Of a stretch of DNA of 64,000 nt, positions 9,405 through 19,786 are shown in pieces (position 1 is the stretch's first letter; each line of letters begins with the position of its first letter). The stretch covers positions 222,224 through 286,223 of the forward strand of contig JAXMGN010000002.1 in NCBI GenBank assembly GCA_046347205.1, given 5' to 3'. Below the pieces are notes generated by a model. It saw only the letters and a list, made by a program, of their open reading frames with translations, made no database searches and was not told the DNA's origin. This DNA is from Pseudomonadales bacterium (GTDB lineage: Bacteria > Pseudomonadota > Gammaproteobacteria > Pseudomonadales > UBA7239). A program made the position numbers and the translations under genes.

Positions 9405-11813
9405 ATGAGCCAATCGCTGGTGTTGCCGTTGTTACCGTTGCGCGATGTGGTGGTGTATCCGCATATGGTCATTCCGCTGTTTGTGGGGCGCGATAAATCC
9501 ATCAAAGCCCTTGAGCGCGCGATGGCGACAGACAAACAAGTGCTGCTGGTGGCGCAGCGCGATGCTACGGATGATGCGCCTGCTGCCAGTGATTTGTATG
9601 ACGTGGGCACGGTAGTGACCGTGCTGCAACTGTTCAAATTGCACGACGATACCGTGAAAGTGCTGGTGGAAGGTGGTGCGCGCGCCACGATCCAGCAGTT
9701 GCATGAGATGGGTGATTACACTGTCGCTGAAATCGAAAAAATGGCAGAGCAGCCGATGGTGTCGCCAATGGTTGAGCCCTTGATGGTGACGCTGCTGAAG
9801 CAGTTTGAAGAGTTTGCCAATTTGAGCAAGAAAATACCGCCAGAAGTGTTGGGTGCGTTGGCGGCGATTGATGAGTTGGGACGCTTGGTGGATACGATTG
9901 CTACCCACATGCCACTGAGTCTTGAACAGAAACAGGTGATGCTAGAAATGGCCGATCCTTTGGTGCGCGCCGAACATTTGCTCGGTGTGATGGAAAAAGA
10001 AATTGATTTATTTCAAATGGAAAAACGCATTCGTGGCCGCGTCAAAAAACAGATGGAGCGCAGTCAGCGTGAGTATTACCTCAACGAGCAGATGAAAGCT
10101 ATCCAGAAGGAATTGGGTAATACAGAAACCGGCAATGAGTTGGAGGATATAGAGAAAAAAATTGTTGCTGCCAAAATGTCGCCGGAAGCAGAGGAAAAGA
10201 CACGCCGGGAATTGTCCAAGTTAAAAATGATGTCGCCGATGTCGGCGGAAGCGTCAGTCGTGCGCAGTTTTATTGATTGGATGACTTCTTTGCCTTGGAA
10301 TAAACAAACACGCTTGCGTCATGATTTGCAGCGTGCGGAAGACATTCTGAACCAAGATCACTACGGTTTAGAGGAAGTGAAAGAGCGTATTTTGGAATAC
10401 TTGGCGGTGCAGCAGCGCGTGAAAAAAATGCGCGGCTCTGTGTTGTGTTTAGTTGGGCCGCCAGGGGTGGGTAAGACATCCTTGGGTGAATCCATTGCGC
10501 GCGCTACCAATCGCAAGTTTGTGCGCATGGCATTGGGTGGCGTGCGAGACGAAGCGGAAATTCGCGGGCATCGCCGCACCTATATCGGTTCTATGCCAGG
10601 AAAACTACTGCAAAAATTGGCGAAAGTGGAAGTCAATAATCCATTATTTTTGTTTGATGAAATTGACAAAATAGGCATGGATCATCGTGGTGATCCGGCA
10701 TCGGCCTTGTTGGAAGTGCTGGATCCTGAGCAAAACAGCTCATTCAATGATCACTATTTGGAAGTGGATTACGATCTGTCCAATGTCATGTTTATTTGTA
10801 CGGCCAACTCAATGAATATCCCAGGGCCGCTGTTGGATCGCATGGAAATTATTCGCATCCCCGGCTATACCGAAGATGAGAAATTAAATATTGCCAGACG
10901 CTATTTGATTCCCAAGCAGTTCAAAGCCAATGGTTTGGATCAACGTGAATGCGATATTGCCGACGAAGCCATCAAAGACATCATTCGCTTCTATACGCGT
11001 GAAGCTGGTGTGCGCGGTTTGGAGCGACAGTTGGCAAAAATCTGCCGCAAAGTAGTGAAAGCCAATGGTGGACGTAGGCAGGCGCAGCCCACCAAAATTA
11101 TTGTGGACAGCAGCAATTTGGAAACCTATTCCGGTGTACGTAAATTCAATTACGGACGCGCAGAAGAAGAGAGCAAAGTGGGGCAAGTGACGGGCTTGGC
11201 GTGGACGCAAGTGGGCGGCGAACTGCTGACCATTGAATCGGCAGCCGTGAAAGGCAAGGGCGCCATCGTCAAAACCGGTTCGCTGGGCGATGTGATGCAG
11301 GAGTCGATACAGGCTGCGCTCACCGTGGTGCGCAGTCGCGCGCAGACGCTGGGTATTTCCGCAAATTTTCACGAGCAGTTTGACCTGCATATCCATGTGC
11401 CTGAAGGCGCAACACCGAAAGATGGTCCCAGCGCGGGCATTGCCATGTGTACGGCGATGGTGTCGGTGTTGACCAACATCCCAGTACGAGCCGATGTGGC
11501 GATGACGGGCGAAATCACCCTGCGCGGTCAAGTGCTGCCCATAGGCGGCTTGAAAGAAAAATTGCTGGCAGCGCATCGAGGGGGCATCAGAACGGTCATC
11601 ATTCCACAAGAAAATGAACGTGACTTGAAAGAGATTCCCGACAACATCAAGGAGGAATTGCTCATCAAACCCGTGAAATGGATAGACGATGTGCTGGAAA
11701 TCGCACTGCAATACATGCCCGAGCCGCTGGTGAATGAAGTGTCGGTTGAAGGTGCGGATTCAGAAGGTGCTAGCGCTGGCAAGAAAAAAATGGGGCGCGT
11801 CAGCACACATTAA
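9405..11813 (+). CDS. lon: Lon protease (LonA)
   Basis: 802 aa with a LON N-domain, Walker [10 protein letters not shown] and the protease catalytic Ser motif [11 protein letters not shown]. Confidence 0.98.
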   Translation: MSQSLVLPLLPLRDVVVYPHMVIPLFVGRDKSIKALERAMATDKQVLLVAQRDATDDAPAASDLYDVGTVVTVLQLFKLHDDTVKVLVEGGARATIQQLHEMGDYTVAEIEKMAEQPMVSPMVEPLMVTLLKQFEEFANLSKKIPPEVLGALAAIDELGRLVDTIATHMPLSLEQKQVMLEMADPLVRAEHLLGVMEKEIDLFQMEKRIRGRVKKQMERSQREYYLNEQMKAIQKELGNTETGNELEDIEKKIVAAKMSPEAEEKTRRELSKLKMMSPMSAEASVVRSFIDWMTSLPWNKQTRLRHDLQRAEDILNQDHYGLEEVKERILEYLAVQQRVKKMRGSVLCLVGPPGVGKTSLGESIARATNRKFVRMALGGVRDEAEIRGHRRTYIGSMPGKLLQKLAKVEVNNPLFLFDEIDKIGMDHRGDPASALLEVLDPEQNSSFNDHYLEVDYDLSNVMFICTANSMNIPGPLLDRMEIIRIPGYTEDEKLNIARRYLIPKQFKANGLDQRECDIADEAIKDIIRFYTREAGVRGLERQLAKICRKVVKANGGRRQAQPTKIIVDSSNLETYSGVRKFNYGRAEEESKVGQVTGLAWTQVGGELLTIESAAVKGKGAIVKTGSLGDVMQESIQAALTVVRSRAQTLGISANFHEQFDLHIHVPEGATPKDGPSAGIAMCTAMVSVLTNIPVRADVAMTGEITLRGQVLPIGGLKEKLLAAHRGGIRTVIIPQENERDLKEIPDNIKEELLIKPVKWIDDVLEIALQYMPEPLVNEVSVEGADSEGASAGKKKMGRVSTH

Positions 11814-11866
11814 GCGGATTGACAGCAAAAATAATCGACGAATATCACGGAATAGCAAAAGTTGTC

Positions 11867-11895
11867 TTGACCCTCGGCAGTGGCGAGGGTATAAA
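11867..11895 (+). promoter_or_regulatory. Sigma70-type promoter candidate upstream of hupB
   Basis: TTGACC (11867-11872), a 17-nt spacer, then TATAAA (11890-11895). This would give a ~135-140 nt leader before the hupB start. Confidence 0.55.
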
Positions 11896-12038
11896 ACCTG
11901 CCCTCGTTGGTCAGTAGGTGTGGTTTGTAGCAGAGCGAGTTAGCTACGAACGACAAGGAGCCGCGAGCGAACAGGTTGGATGCCGCCAACCATGCCATCT
12001 AGACAAAATTTCAATGGAATATATCTGAGGGTTTTCTT

Positions 12039-12311
12039 GTGAATAAAACAGATTTGATCGACGCAATTGCAACTGCTGCTGACCTGCCGAAGGCTGCTGC
12101 TGGGCGCGCACTTGATGCGGTAGTAGACAGCATCACCCAAGCACTGAAAAACAATGATCAAGTGACGTTGGTCGGGTTTGGTACTTTTGCCGTGAAGGAG
12201 CGCGCAGCGCGCACCGGTCGCAATCCTAAAACCGGTGAAGCACTGGAAATCAAAGCGTCTAAACAGCCAGGATTTAAGCCGGGCAAAGCGTTGAAAGACG
12301 CGCTGAACTGA
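12039..12311 (+). CDS. hupB: DNA-binding protein HU-beta
   Basis: 90 aa: [93 protein letters not shown] start; lon-hupB-ppiD synteny. Confidence 0.97.
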   Translation: MNKTDLIDAIATAADLPKAAAGRALDAVVDSITQALKNNDQVTLVGFGTFAVKERAARTGRNPKTGEALEIKASKQPGFKPGKALKDALN

Positions 12312-12362
12312 GTGATATCAGTACACATAACCTGCTGAAATAACGCAGGAAATTCGAGAAAA

Positions 12363-12387
12363 GGCGCATAAAAATGCGCCTTTTTTT
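12363..12387 (+). terminator. Rho-independent terminator after hupB
   Basis: ggcgca-taaaaa-tgcgcc followed by T7. Confidence 0.85.
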
Positions 12388-12422
12388 GTTACCATGCCGC
12401 ATCCGTTGATAGTGAGGCTCGT

Positions 12423-14333
12423 ATGATCGAAGCAATGCGTGAAAAAATGCAGGGCGTGTTTGCCACTGTGGTGATTGTTTTTATTTGCGTGATGTTTGCT
12501 TTGTGGGGAGTGGAAACGCTGTTCAGCCGCAGTGCGCAAGTCAAAGCGCCGCTGACTGTGGATGGCATTGATATTAGCGAACAACAAATTAATCAAGCCG
12601 TCAGCATGGCGCGTGAGCGTTACAGCGAAATGTTCAAAGGAAAAATGGACCCTTCGTTTCTGACCGACAAAATGTTACGTGAGCCAGCAATTGAATCGCT
12701 AATCGGTAGAACCGTGCTGGCTAAACAAGTAGCCGGCATGAAAATGGCTGCAGCGTCTGCGTCGATTGATCGCGAAATTGTGCGCAACCCTGAGTTCAGT
12801 CAAGACGGTCAGCGTTTTGATCCCACCACGTTCAAAGATAAATTGCGTGGTGCAGGCATGACGCCAGCGATGTATCGCGCGCGTCTGAATGACGCATTAG
12901 TGATGGAACAGTTACAACGTGGTATTGCAGATACAGCCTTTACTACCGAAAAACAAATTGCTGCCGTTGCTGCATTGGAAGCACAAACCAGAAATTTGGA
13001 GTATGTGCGTTTGGCTGAAAAAAATGCGGTGGACAGTATCCATCCTGATGACCAAGCGGTTGAGCAGTATTTTAATGAGCACGCCAACGAGTTTATGACT
13101 GAAGAGACGGTAACGCTCGAGTATTTGGATCTCAACAAAGCAGAGTTGGCTCACGAAGCCACGGTCAGTGACGACGAATTGAAAGAAGCCTATGAAAAAG
13201 AGAAGGCTGCCTACAAACCTTCCGCTGAACGTCATGCTGCGCATATTTTGGTGGAAGAAAAATCCGATGGTTCAGAAAAAGCGAAATTGGATACCATTAC
13301 CCAAAAGCTGAAAGCCGGTGACAGTTTTGCTGATGTCGCTAAAAAATATTCCGATGACAAAGAATCTGCAGCTATGGGTGGCGATGTTGGTGTGAGTGCG
13401 GGTGATGTTTTCGAACCGGAGTTTGAGAAAGCATTGGCGGGTTTAAATAAAGTGGGCGATATTTCGGAGCCAGTTAAAACACGCTATGGCTATCACGTCA
13501 TCAAGTTATTGGATAAAAAAGACACAGCATTTCCTACGTTTGATGCACGCAAAGTGGCATTGAAGGAACAACTGTCTGGTGCCAAAGCGGATTCTGGTTA
13601 CTCAGAAAAACTGAATGAAATGACAGACAGCACCTACAGCGCAGGTGATTTAGCAGGCCCTGCAGCTGAGTTAAAAATGTCTGTGCAGAAAACAGAAGCC
13701 TTTGGTCGCCGTGGTGGCAAAGGCTTGGCCGGGCAGCAAAAAGTGATCGACACGGCTTTTTCAGAGGATTTATTGAACTCGGGTAAAAACAGTCAGGTCA
13801 TTGAGTTGTCAGCAGATCGCGCTGTGGTTGTGCGCGTGGCAGATCATCAATTGCCCAAACCCAAAGCCTTATCAGACGTTAAAGCGCAAATCGTGGATAC
13901 CATTAAAAAAACGCAGGCGGCCAGTGCGTTGAAAACCCAAGCGGAGACCATTCGCCAGCGCGTGCAGGCAGGTGAGAGCTTGAGCGAAGTAGCGAGTAAA
14001 GAGAAGCTGTCGCGTGTATTGCTGGAAAATCAAAAAGCAAATGCGAGCGATGCCAATGCAGAATTGGTGGCGCATGCGTTTAGGTTAAGCGATCAATCTG
14101 CGGATGCGTTTCAGTTGGCTAATGGCGATTGGGCGGTCATTCAGCTATTAGCCATTCACAGTGCGCAGCCTGATAAAGACAGTGCTGCGTATAAAGCAGT
14201 GAGTGAGCAGATGAACAGCAGTGTCGGTACGGAAGAATATGCGCTGTATCAACAGGCTTTGCGCCAAGCCGCAAAGATTGAGAGAAGAAGTGCTGCAACA
14301 GACGATAACAAAGAAAACAGTGAGCAGCAGTAA
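12423..14333 (+). CDS. ppiD: Periplasmic chaperone / peptidyl-prolyl isomerase PpiD
   Basis: 636 aa with an N-terminal membrane anchor (VFATVVIVFICVMFALWGV). The parvulin-like segment is ERHAAHILV...TRYGYHVIKLL. The gene follows hupB. Confidence 0.92.
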   Translation: MIEAMREKMQGVFATVVIVFICVMFALWGVETLFSRSAQVKAPLTVDGIDISEQQINQAVSMARERYSEMFKGKMDPSFLTDKMLREPAIESLIGRTVLAKQVAGMKMAAASASIDREIVRNPEFSQDGQRFDPTTFKDKLRGAGMTPAMYRARLNDALVMEQLQRGIADTAFTTEKQIAAVAALEAQTRNLEYVRLAEKNAVDSIHPDDQAVEQYFNEHANEFMTEETVTLEYLDLNKAELAHEATVSDDELKEAYEKEKAAYKPSAERHAAHILVEEKSDGSEKAKLDTITQKLKAGDSFADVAKKYSDDKESAAMGGDVGVSAGDVFEPEFEKALAGLNKVGDISEPVKTRYGYHVIKLLDKKDTAFPTFDARKVALKEQLSGAKADSGYSEKLNEMTDSTYSAGDLAGPAAELKMSVQKTEAFGRRGGKGLAGQQKVIDTAFSEDLLNSGKNSQVIELSADRAVVVRVADHQLPKPKALSDVKAQIVDTIKKTQAASALKTQAETIRQRVQAGESLSEVASKEKLSRVLLENQKANASDANAELVAHAFRLSDQSADAFQLANGDWAVIQLLAIHSAQPDKDSAAYKAVSEQMNSSVGTEEYALYQQALRQAAKIERRSAATDDNKENSEQQ

Positions 14334-14379
14334 TTCATTGTTTTAGGGTAATTGCTTTGCAGCGGCGCGGGAACGGTCG

Positions 14380-16662
14380 GTGAAGATACGGGCAAAAGTG
14401 ACAGATGTACGCTGGCAATCTGTAGCAAAGCTACTGGATGCAAGGGTATTTCTGTTACTTTTCTCGCTGTTTTTCTTGTTGATAGGTACTGTGACGACAT
14501 CAACAGGCTTGTACGGCTTTAGCAGTATTGATAGAACATTGTTTCGATTGGGCGGCAGGCTGCAAGGTCAAATGCCCGATTTGACCCCCGCCTTTGTGCG
14601 CATTGATGTGCCGCATGCAGAAATGCAACGCTTTCTGCATGACCCAGCCGGCGCTAGCGACATGATGGCGTTTCTCGCTCAGTTGCAAGCCAGCGGCATG
14701 AAAGGTGCCACGCTGGTTTTGCACGATACTTTATGGAATCAATACAGTCTTAATGATGTGGCAGAGCACACGTCAACGTCAGAGATGAGTGCGGTATCCG
14801 AACAGTTTCGCGCTATGGTGAGCAGAATGACGATTTATCGTTCTTTGCTCGTTAATGAACGCGTGCTGCGCGCCAAAGTCGTTGAACCTACGCAAGCGAG
14901 GAAGTTTTTTTTCGGTAATGATGCGCTGCCAGCTTTAGCAACGGAACAAACAGATTTCATAGGGATCAGCGCGCCGCAAGCCGCGCATGGTGCATTAGAG
15001 CGGCCTCTGTTGTGGCGTGGTGAAAATGCTGTGCGTTACGATGTGCGTTTAGCCTTATTTGCCTTGCAGCAAAATGTGCGCAGCCCAGAGTGGTTGCCCA
15101 ATCAAGGAATAAAAATGCAGGCGGTGTTGCTGCCCACATCTTCTGCAGCGGCTGTGCTGCCTTTCTTTTCTGTCGACAATGGTTTTGTTCTTCCGTCGAG
15201 TATTCGTTATCCGTTGTCTGCTGTGCGCGATCAATCTGCGTTGCGTGTCTTGCAGAATAAAATTGTTGTGATTGGCGAAGAGCAGGATGTTGATGCGGAT
15301 GATTTGTTGTTGAGTGTTGCCAGTTTAAGTCATGCTAGTTTCGCTGCGCCGTTTTCGGCATTTATTTGGCTGCACTTGTGTGTTGCTGTAGCAATTGCCA
15401 TTTATTTATTTATTTTGCCCTTGCTGAATATTCGATGGGGTGTCTTGTTATCCGCGTTGATGATTGTTGCCTTGGTGCTGGCGCAACAAATCATGTTGAG
15501 CGTACATCGAGAATGGTTTCCTGTTTCGCAGTGGTTAGTGTTTTTGTTATCTGGGCATGTGCTGGTTTTTTTATGGTGTGTAAAGCGTTCTTTTGATGGG
15601 CAAGAAAGAGAGGCTGTGAGTAAGCCTGCACCTGCATTGCAGCGCACGGTGCAAACCAAGCCTTCTTTCTGGTCAAAACTGCAACGCAAGCAGCAAGTGT
15701 CGCCGCGCATCCCTCCCACAATGACAAGTGCGGCAACAGCATCGGATTTTGAAGATTCAACCATTGTTGCCACGGCGCGCAACCGTCAGTACGCCAACGA
15801 GACTCCCTTGGCTCGCGACACGTCAACTAGACAGCATCTCGGTCGCTACCAAATTCTGCGTGAATTGGGGCGCGGCGCAATGGGTGTGGTGTATTTGGGT
15901 TTTGATCCCAAAATCGCACGGCAAGTAGCGATTAAAACGCTGCACTACAATCAATTTGATGCTTCTGAATTGCCCAATATCAAGGAGCGATTTTTTCGTG
16001 AGGCGGCAGCGGTCGGTAAATTGCGTCACCCCAATATTGTGACTATTTACGATGCAGGCGAGGAGCGCGATTTGGCGTATATCGCAATGGATTTTGTCGA
16101 TGGTGTTGCGCTGTCTGCACATACGCGTAAAGAGCAGCTGCTGGATGTGGAGTTGGTGTACTACATCATGACCATGGCGGCCGATGCGGTGTACTGCGCG
16201 CACACACAGGGCATTATTCATCGTGATATTAAACCCAGCAATATTTTGTACGACGAAAAAACCAATGAAGTAAAAGTGGCAGATTTTGGTATTGCTCGAG
16301 TGATGGATGGCTCGGCAACGCGCACGCGCACGGGTGATTTGTTGGGTAGTCCGCTGTATATGTCGCCGGAGCAAATTCGTGGTGAATCGGTAGATTTTTA
16401 TACCGATATTTTTAGTTTGGGTGTGACTTTCTATCAGTTGTTGACAGGTGAATTGCCGTTCAAAGCCGATAACATCGCCAATCTCACCTTTCAAATTGTG
16501 CAATGCAAGTACAAACCTGTGGACGAAGTGCGCCCTGAGTTGCCCGCTAGTGCTAAGCGTATTATTGCAAAAGCCTTGCAAAAAAATCCGGCTAACCGCT
16601 ATGCCTCTGCCGCTGAAATGCAGCGTGCGTTGCAAGATGCCTATGCGCGTGATTTTTCTTGA
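14380..16662 (+). CDS. Membrane sensor Ser/Thr protein kinase (1 TM, ~300-aa extracytoplasmic region, 3 TM, Hanks-type kinase domain); CHASE2-like topology
   Basis: The C-terminal ~270 aa carry kinase motifs: GRGAMGVVY (G-loop), VAIK, HRDIKPSNIL (catalytic loop), ADFGIA (DFG) and SPLYMSPE. The N-terminal TM segment is VFLLLFSLFFLLIGTV. A three-TM block lies around FIWLHLCVAVAIAIYLFILPLL...VFLLSGHVLVFLWCV. Confidence 0.85.
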   Translation: MKIRAKVTDVRWQSVAKLLDARVFLLLFSLFFLLIGTVTTSTGLYGFSSIDRTLFRLGGRLQGQMPDLTPAFVRIDVPHAEMQRFLHDPAGASDMMAFLAQLQASGMKGATLVLHDTLWNQYSLNDVAEHTSTSEMSAVSEQFRAMVSRMTIYRSLLVNERVLRAKVVEPTQARKFFFGNDALPALATEQTDFIGISAPQAAHGALERPLLWRGENAVRYDVRLALFALQQNVRSPEWLPNQGIKMQAVLLPTSSAAAVLPFFSVDNGFVLPSSIRYPLSAVRDQSALRVLQNKIVVIGEEQDVDADDLLLSVASLSHASFAAPFSAFIWLHLCVAVAIAIYLFILPLLNIRWGVLLSALMIVALVLAQQIMLSVHREWFPVSQWLVFLLSGHVLVFLWCVKRSFDGQEREAVSKPAPALQRTVQTKPSFWSKLQRKQQVSPRIPPTMTSAATASDFEDSTIVATARNRQYANETPLARDTSTRQHLGRYQILRELGRGAMGVVYLGFDPKIARQVAIKTLHYNQFDASELPNIKERFFREAAAVGKLRHPNIVTIYDAGEERDLAYIAMDFVDGVALSAHTRKEQLLDVELVYYIMTMAADAVYCAHTQGIIHRDIKPSNILYDEKTNEVKVADFGIARVMDGSATRTRTGDLLGSPLYMSPEQIRGESVDFYTDIFSLGVTFYQLLTGELPFKADNIANLTFQIVQCKYKPVDEVRPELPASAKRIIAKALQKNPANRYASAAEMQRALQDAYARDFS

Positions 16663-16680
16663 GTCTATGAGTTTCTGGCA

Positions 16681-17421
16681 ATGAAAACGCAGTGGGTTAT
16701 TACTGCGCAGGCCAAAGAACTGGGGCTGGAGAGCAGCTTTGCTTCTATGGATGCTTGTCTTGCTTTGCAAGGGAAGCAAATTAGCAAAGGCCCTAGCAAT
16801 ACCGTTACGCTGCACGAAGTTAACGGGCAGGCGTTTTATATGAAGCGCTTTGTGCCAGGCAAGCGCAGGGTGCGGAAATATTTTGTGCGCTCACGCGTGC
16901 GAGCGGAGTGGGAGCATCTGCTGTGGTTTCAGAAGCATGGTATCGCAACGCCTAAGATTTTAGCGTATGGAGAAGAATATCACGCTGGAAAGTTTATTCG
17001 AGGTGTGTTGGTAACTGCAGCGCTGCATGGTGCTAAAGACATGGAGAGTCTTGCCAAAAGCCATAGCGCACTGATTTTTGATAGAGAGAAGTTTCGGGTT
17101 ATTGCCAAAAAAATTGCATTCTATACTCACATCATGCACAGCAAGAACTTCACGCATAATGATTTGGATTGGCGCAATATTTTGGTAACGGATGCGCTGG
17201 ATGTTTATTTTTTTGATTGTCCAGGTGGACGGTTTTGGGTATGGTCTTTTTTAGAATACCGCATTATTAAAGACTTGGCGCATCTAGATAAAATTGCCAG
17301 AGAGTGTATTCCTTTGCGCTGGCGGTTGTGGTTTTACAAACAGTACACGGGAAGAAAAAATCTTAATAAAGCGGACAGGGGGCGTCTGCAAAAAATTGCG
17401 CGGTATTACGACGGCAGATAG
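16681..17421 (+). CDS. Lipopolysaccharide kinase (Kdo/WaaP/InaA) family protein
   Basis: 246 aa with FYMKRF (Lys region), AEWEHLLWFQKHGIATP, catalytic-loop-like HNDLDWRNILV and FFDCPGG. This is the protein-kinase-like fold of the Kdo/WaaP family. Confidence 0.7.
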   Translation: MKTQWVITAQAKELGLESSFASMDACLALQGKQISKGPSNTVTLHEVNGQAFYMKRFVPGKRRVRKYFVRSRVRAEWEHLLWFQKHGIATPKILAYGEEYHAGKFIRGVLVTAALHGAKDMESLAKSHSALIFDREKFRVIAKKIAFYTHIMHSKNFTHNDLDWRNILVTDALDVYFFDCPGGRFWVWSFLEYRIIKDLAHLDKIARECIPLRWRLWFYKQYTGRKNLNKADRGRLQKIARYYDGR

Positions 17422-17458
17422 TTGTCTGTTTTAAGGTGAAACCATGGAGGGTTTCTGA

Positions 17459-19786
17459 GTGTTCAATAAAATGGCGTTCGCCTGGATGTGCGGCACGTTA
17501 CTTGCACTATTTCGTCACACTGTTTTATCAGAAGCACTCATTATTGCGGTGGCAATGTCGGGGGTTGCCTGTTTGTGTGTGCGGCGGCTGTTGGCTTTGC
17601 TGTTGGCTTGCTTGTTGCTGAGTTTTGCTTGGGGTGTTTTTTATAGTCAGCAGGCGGTAAATCAATGGCTGCCTGAGGCAAAAGAGGGCGAGGCGATCGT
17701 TGTTTCTGGTCATATCACCGATTTTCCGCGACCTTCAGATGATGATTGGCAATTTGATTTTTTACCTGATGCGTGGCAGGGAAAAATACGGCTCACGGCA
17801 AAAGCAATGCCAGAGCATGATTTCCCTAGTTTTTCTTGTCGCTATCGCTTGCGTGTCAAATTAAAGCAGCCGCGTGGCTTGTTAAATTTTAATCAGTACG
17901 ATTATCAAGCTTGGCTGTTGCAGGCTGACTATGTGGCGACGGGTTATGTGCAAGTGGTAGAGGCCTGTGATCCTTTAGTGCCCAATGTTTTTTTGCGCTG
18001 GCGGCAGCACATAAACACGGCTTTGGCGGCAGCGGATCTCAGCAATTATGCCAGTAGCACGTTATCTGCACTGTTGATAGGAAACTACGCAGGCATTGAT
18101 AGTGTGCAGTGGCGTGTGCTGCGTGACAGCGGAACGATACATTTGTTATCTGTTTCTGGCTTGCACATTGTTTTAGTGGCCGTGTTGTTTCATTTTTTGG
18201 TGAGATGCTTGGTGCGTTTTGCTGTGTTTCCCTTGCACTATTGGCCTGCGGATCACTGGGCGAGTGTTGCTGCTTTGGGTGCTGCAATTTTTTATGCCTT
18301 GTTAACAGGGTTTTCTGTCGCCACGCAGCGTTCACTCATCATGGTGGCTGTTGCTGTGTTGCAGCGTATTGTGTATGGCAAATTTCGCGTGTCATTTATT
18401 TTTTTGTTGTCGCTGGTGTTGGTGGTGATAGTCAATCCACTGTCCATGTTATCGGTCAGTTTTTGGTTTACTTATCTGGCCACTGCTGCGCTTTTGTTGG
18501 CGAGTAATGGCGCAGAACAGAGAGATCTATCTTGGATATATCGTTATTTTTTTGAGCCATTACGTCTACAGCTCACTATGTTTTTGGTGATGATGCCTGT
18601 GTTGCTGTTTGTATATGGCAGAGTGTCTTTGTTGTCGCTGCCGTTAAATCTATTGGCTGTGCCGTGGGTGAGCTTTATATCGCTGCCATGCGGATTCGCT
18701 GCGCTGATTCTGATGCCAGTTTCTCGCTATCTCTCCAATATGGCATTGCAAATAGCAGGGTGGTCTTTGGATGTTTATTGGCGGGTGATGCAAGACGTAT
18801 TGCGCTGTTTGGGCGAATGGCAATTGCAGATGGGAGGAATCCGTTTTACTACACTGTTGCTATCCCTGTCGGGTGTTTGTTTATTGTGCTTTGGCAGGCG
18901 TTATCAGCGTTGGCGTTTTTTGGGTTTGGTGTTGTGTGTGTGTTTGTTTCTCCCGCAAACGATGCCCGTGCCAGAAAAAGCTGTGGATGTGCAGGTGTTG
19001 GATGTGGGGCAGGGGTTGGCAGTTATTTTGCGCACGCGGCATCACACTTTGGTGTATGACACCGGCGATAAACATTCAGAGCGTTTTGATGCGGGGCGTG
19101 ACATTGTGGCTACCGCTTTGCGTAATTGGCGCATTCCTCGTATCACGATGTTGGTGATAAGTCATGCAGACAGCGATCATGCAGGTGGTCGTGAAGGTTT
19201 GTTGAGTGAAATAGCTGCGCAGCAGAAATGGTCTGGTACACCGGATCAGTTGCACGACCGTGAATATTTTCCGTGCAGCGCCGGTATGCACTGGCGTTGG
19301 GATGGCGTAGATTTTCAGGTGTTGTATCCCATAGAAAATTCACGCAGTGCAGTATCGGATAATAATCGCAGTTGTGTGATTCGAGTGGATGCAGGCGGTA
19401 GACGTTTGTTGTTGACGGGTGATGTAGAAAAAAATGGTGAGCAACAGATGTTAAACGCAGGCACGGATTTGCGCGCTGATATTTTAGTGGCTCCGCATCA
19501 CGGCAGTAAAACCTCATCATCGTCCGCATTGCTATCGGCAGTGGGAGCAAAAACTGTCGTCGTCAGTGCGGGGTATCGCAATCGCTTTCACCATCCTGCG
19601 CGCGCCGTCAGCGAACGCTATACACACATGGGCATGACAATACTCAACACGGCTGAGGTGGGTGCTGTGCAAATTCGCTTATCTACCAATGAAATTCAGA
19701 TCAAAAAAGCATTGTGTGAGCAGTCGGTTTTCTGGCGTGAGGCAAGATACAATGCGCACTGTTCTCATGTATCTATTACCCCATGA
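17459..19786 (+). CDS. comEC: DNA internalization-related competence protein ComEC/Rec2
   Basis: 775 aa with a polytopic competence domain (HLLSVSGLHIVLV). The C-terminal metallo-beta-lactamase domain shows LDVGQGLAV, SHADSDHAGG and APHHGS. Confidence 0.92.
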   Translation: MFNKMAFAWMCGTLLALFRHTVLSEALIIAVAMSGVACLCVRRLLALLLACLLLSFAWGVFYSQQAVNQWLPEAKEGEAIVVSGHITDFPRPSDDDWQFDFLPDAWQGKIRLTAKAMPEHDFPSFSCRYRLRVKLKQPRGLLNFNQYDYQAWLLQADYVATGYVQVVEACDPLVPNVFLRWRQHINTALAAADLSNYASSTLSALLIGNYAGIDSVQWRVLRDSGTIHLLSVSGLHIVLVAVLFHFLVRCLVRFAVFPLHYWPADHWASVAALGAAIFYALLTGFSVATQRSLIMVAVAVLQRIVYGKFRVSFIFLLSLVLVVIVNPLSMLSVSFWFTYLATAALLLASNGAEQRDLSWIYRYFFEPLRLQLTMFLVMMPVLLFVYGRVSLLSLPLNLLAVPWVSFISLPCGFAALILMPVSRYLSNMALQIAGWSLDVYWRVMQDVLRCLGEWQLQMGGIRFTTLLLSLSGVCLLCFGRRYQRWRFLGLVLCVCLFLPQTMPVPEKAVDVQVLDVGQGLAVILRTRHHTLVYDTGDKHSERFDAGRDIVATALRNWRIPRITMLVISHADSDHAGGREGLLSEIAAQQKWSGTPDQLHDREYFPCSAGMHWRWDGVDFQVLYPIENSRSAVSDNNRSCVIRVDAGGRRLLLTGDVEKNGEQQMLNAGTDLRADILVAPHHGSKTSSSSALLSAVGAKTVVVSAGYRNRFHHPARAVSERYTHMGMTILNTAEVGAVQIRLSTNEIQIKKALCEQSVFWREARYNAHCSHVSITP

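Noticed and set aside
10884-11711. 275-aa minus-strand ORF
   Set aside because: It is antisense to lon and its composition looks like a shadow ORF (His/Arg/Phe-rich). It has no independent support.
15823-16815. 330-aa minus-strand ORF
   Set aside because: It is antisense to the kinase domain of the Ser/Thr kinase gene and to the start of the Kdo-kinase-like gene. The sense-strand genes carry clear catalytic motifs and this ORF has none.
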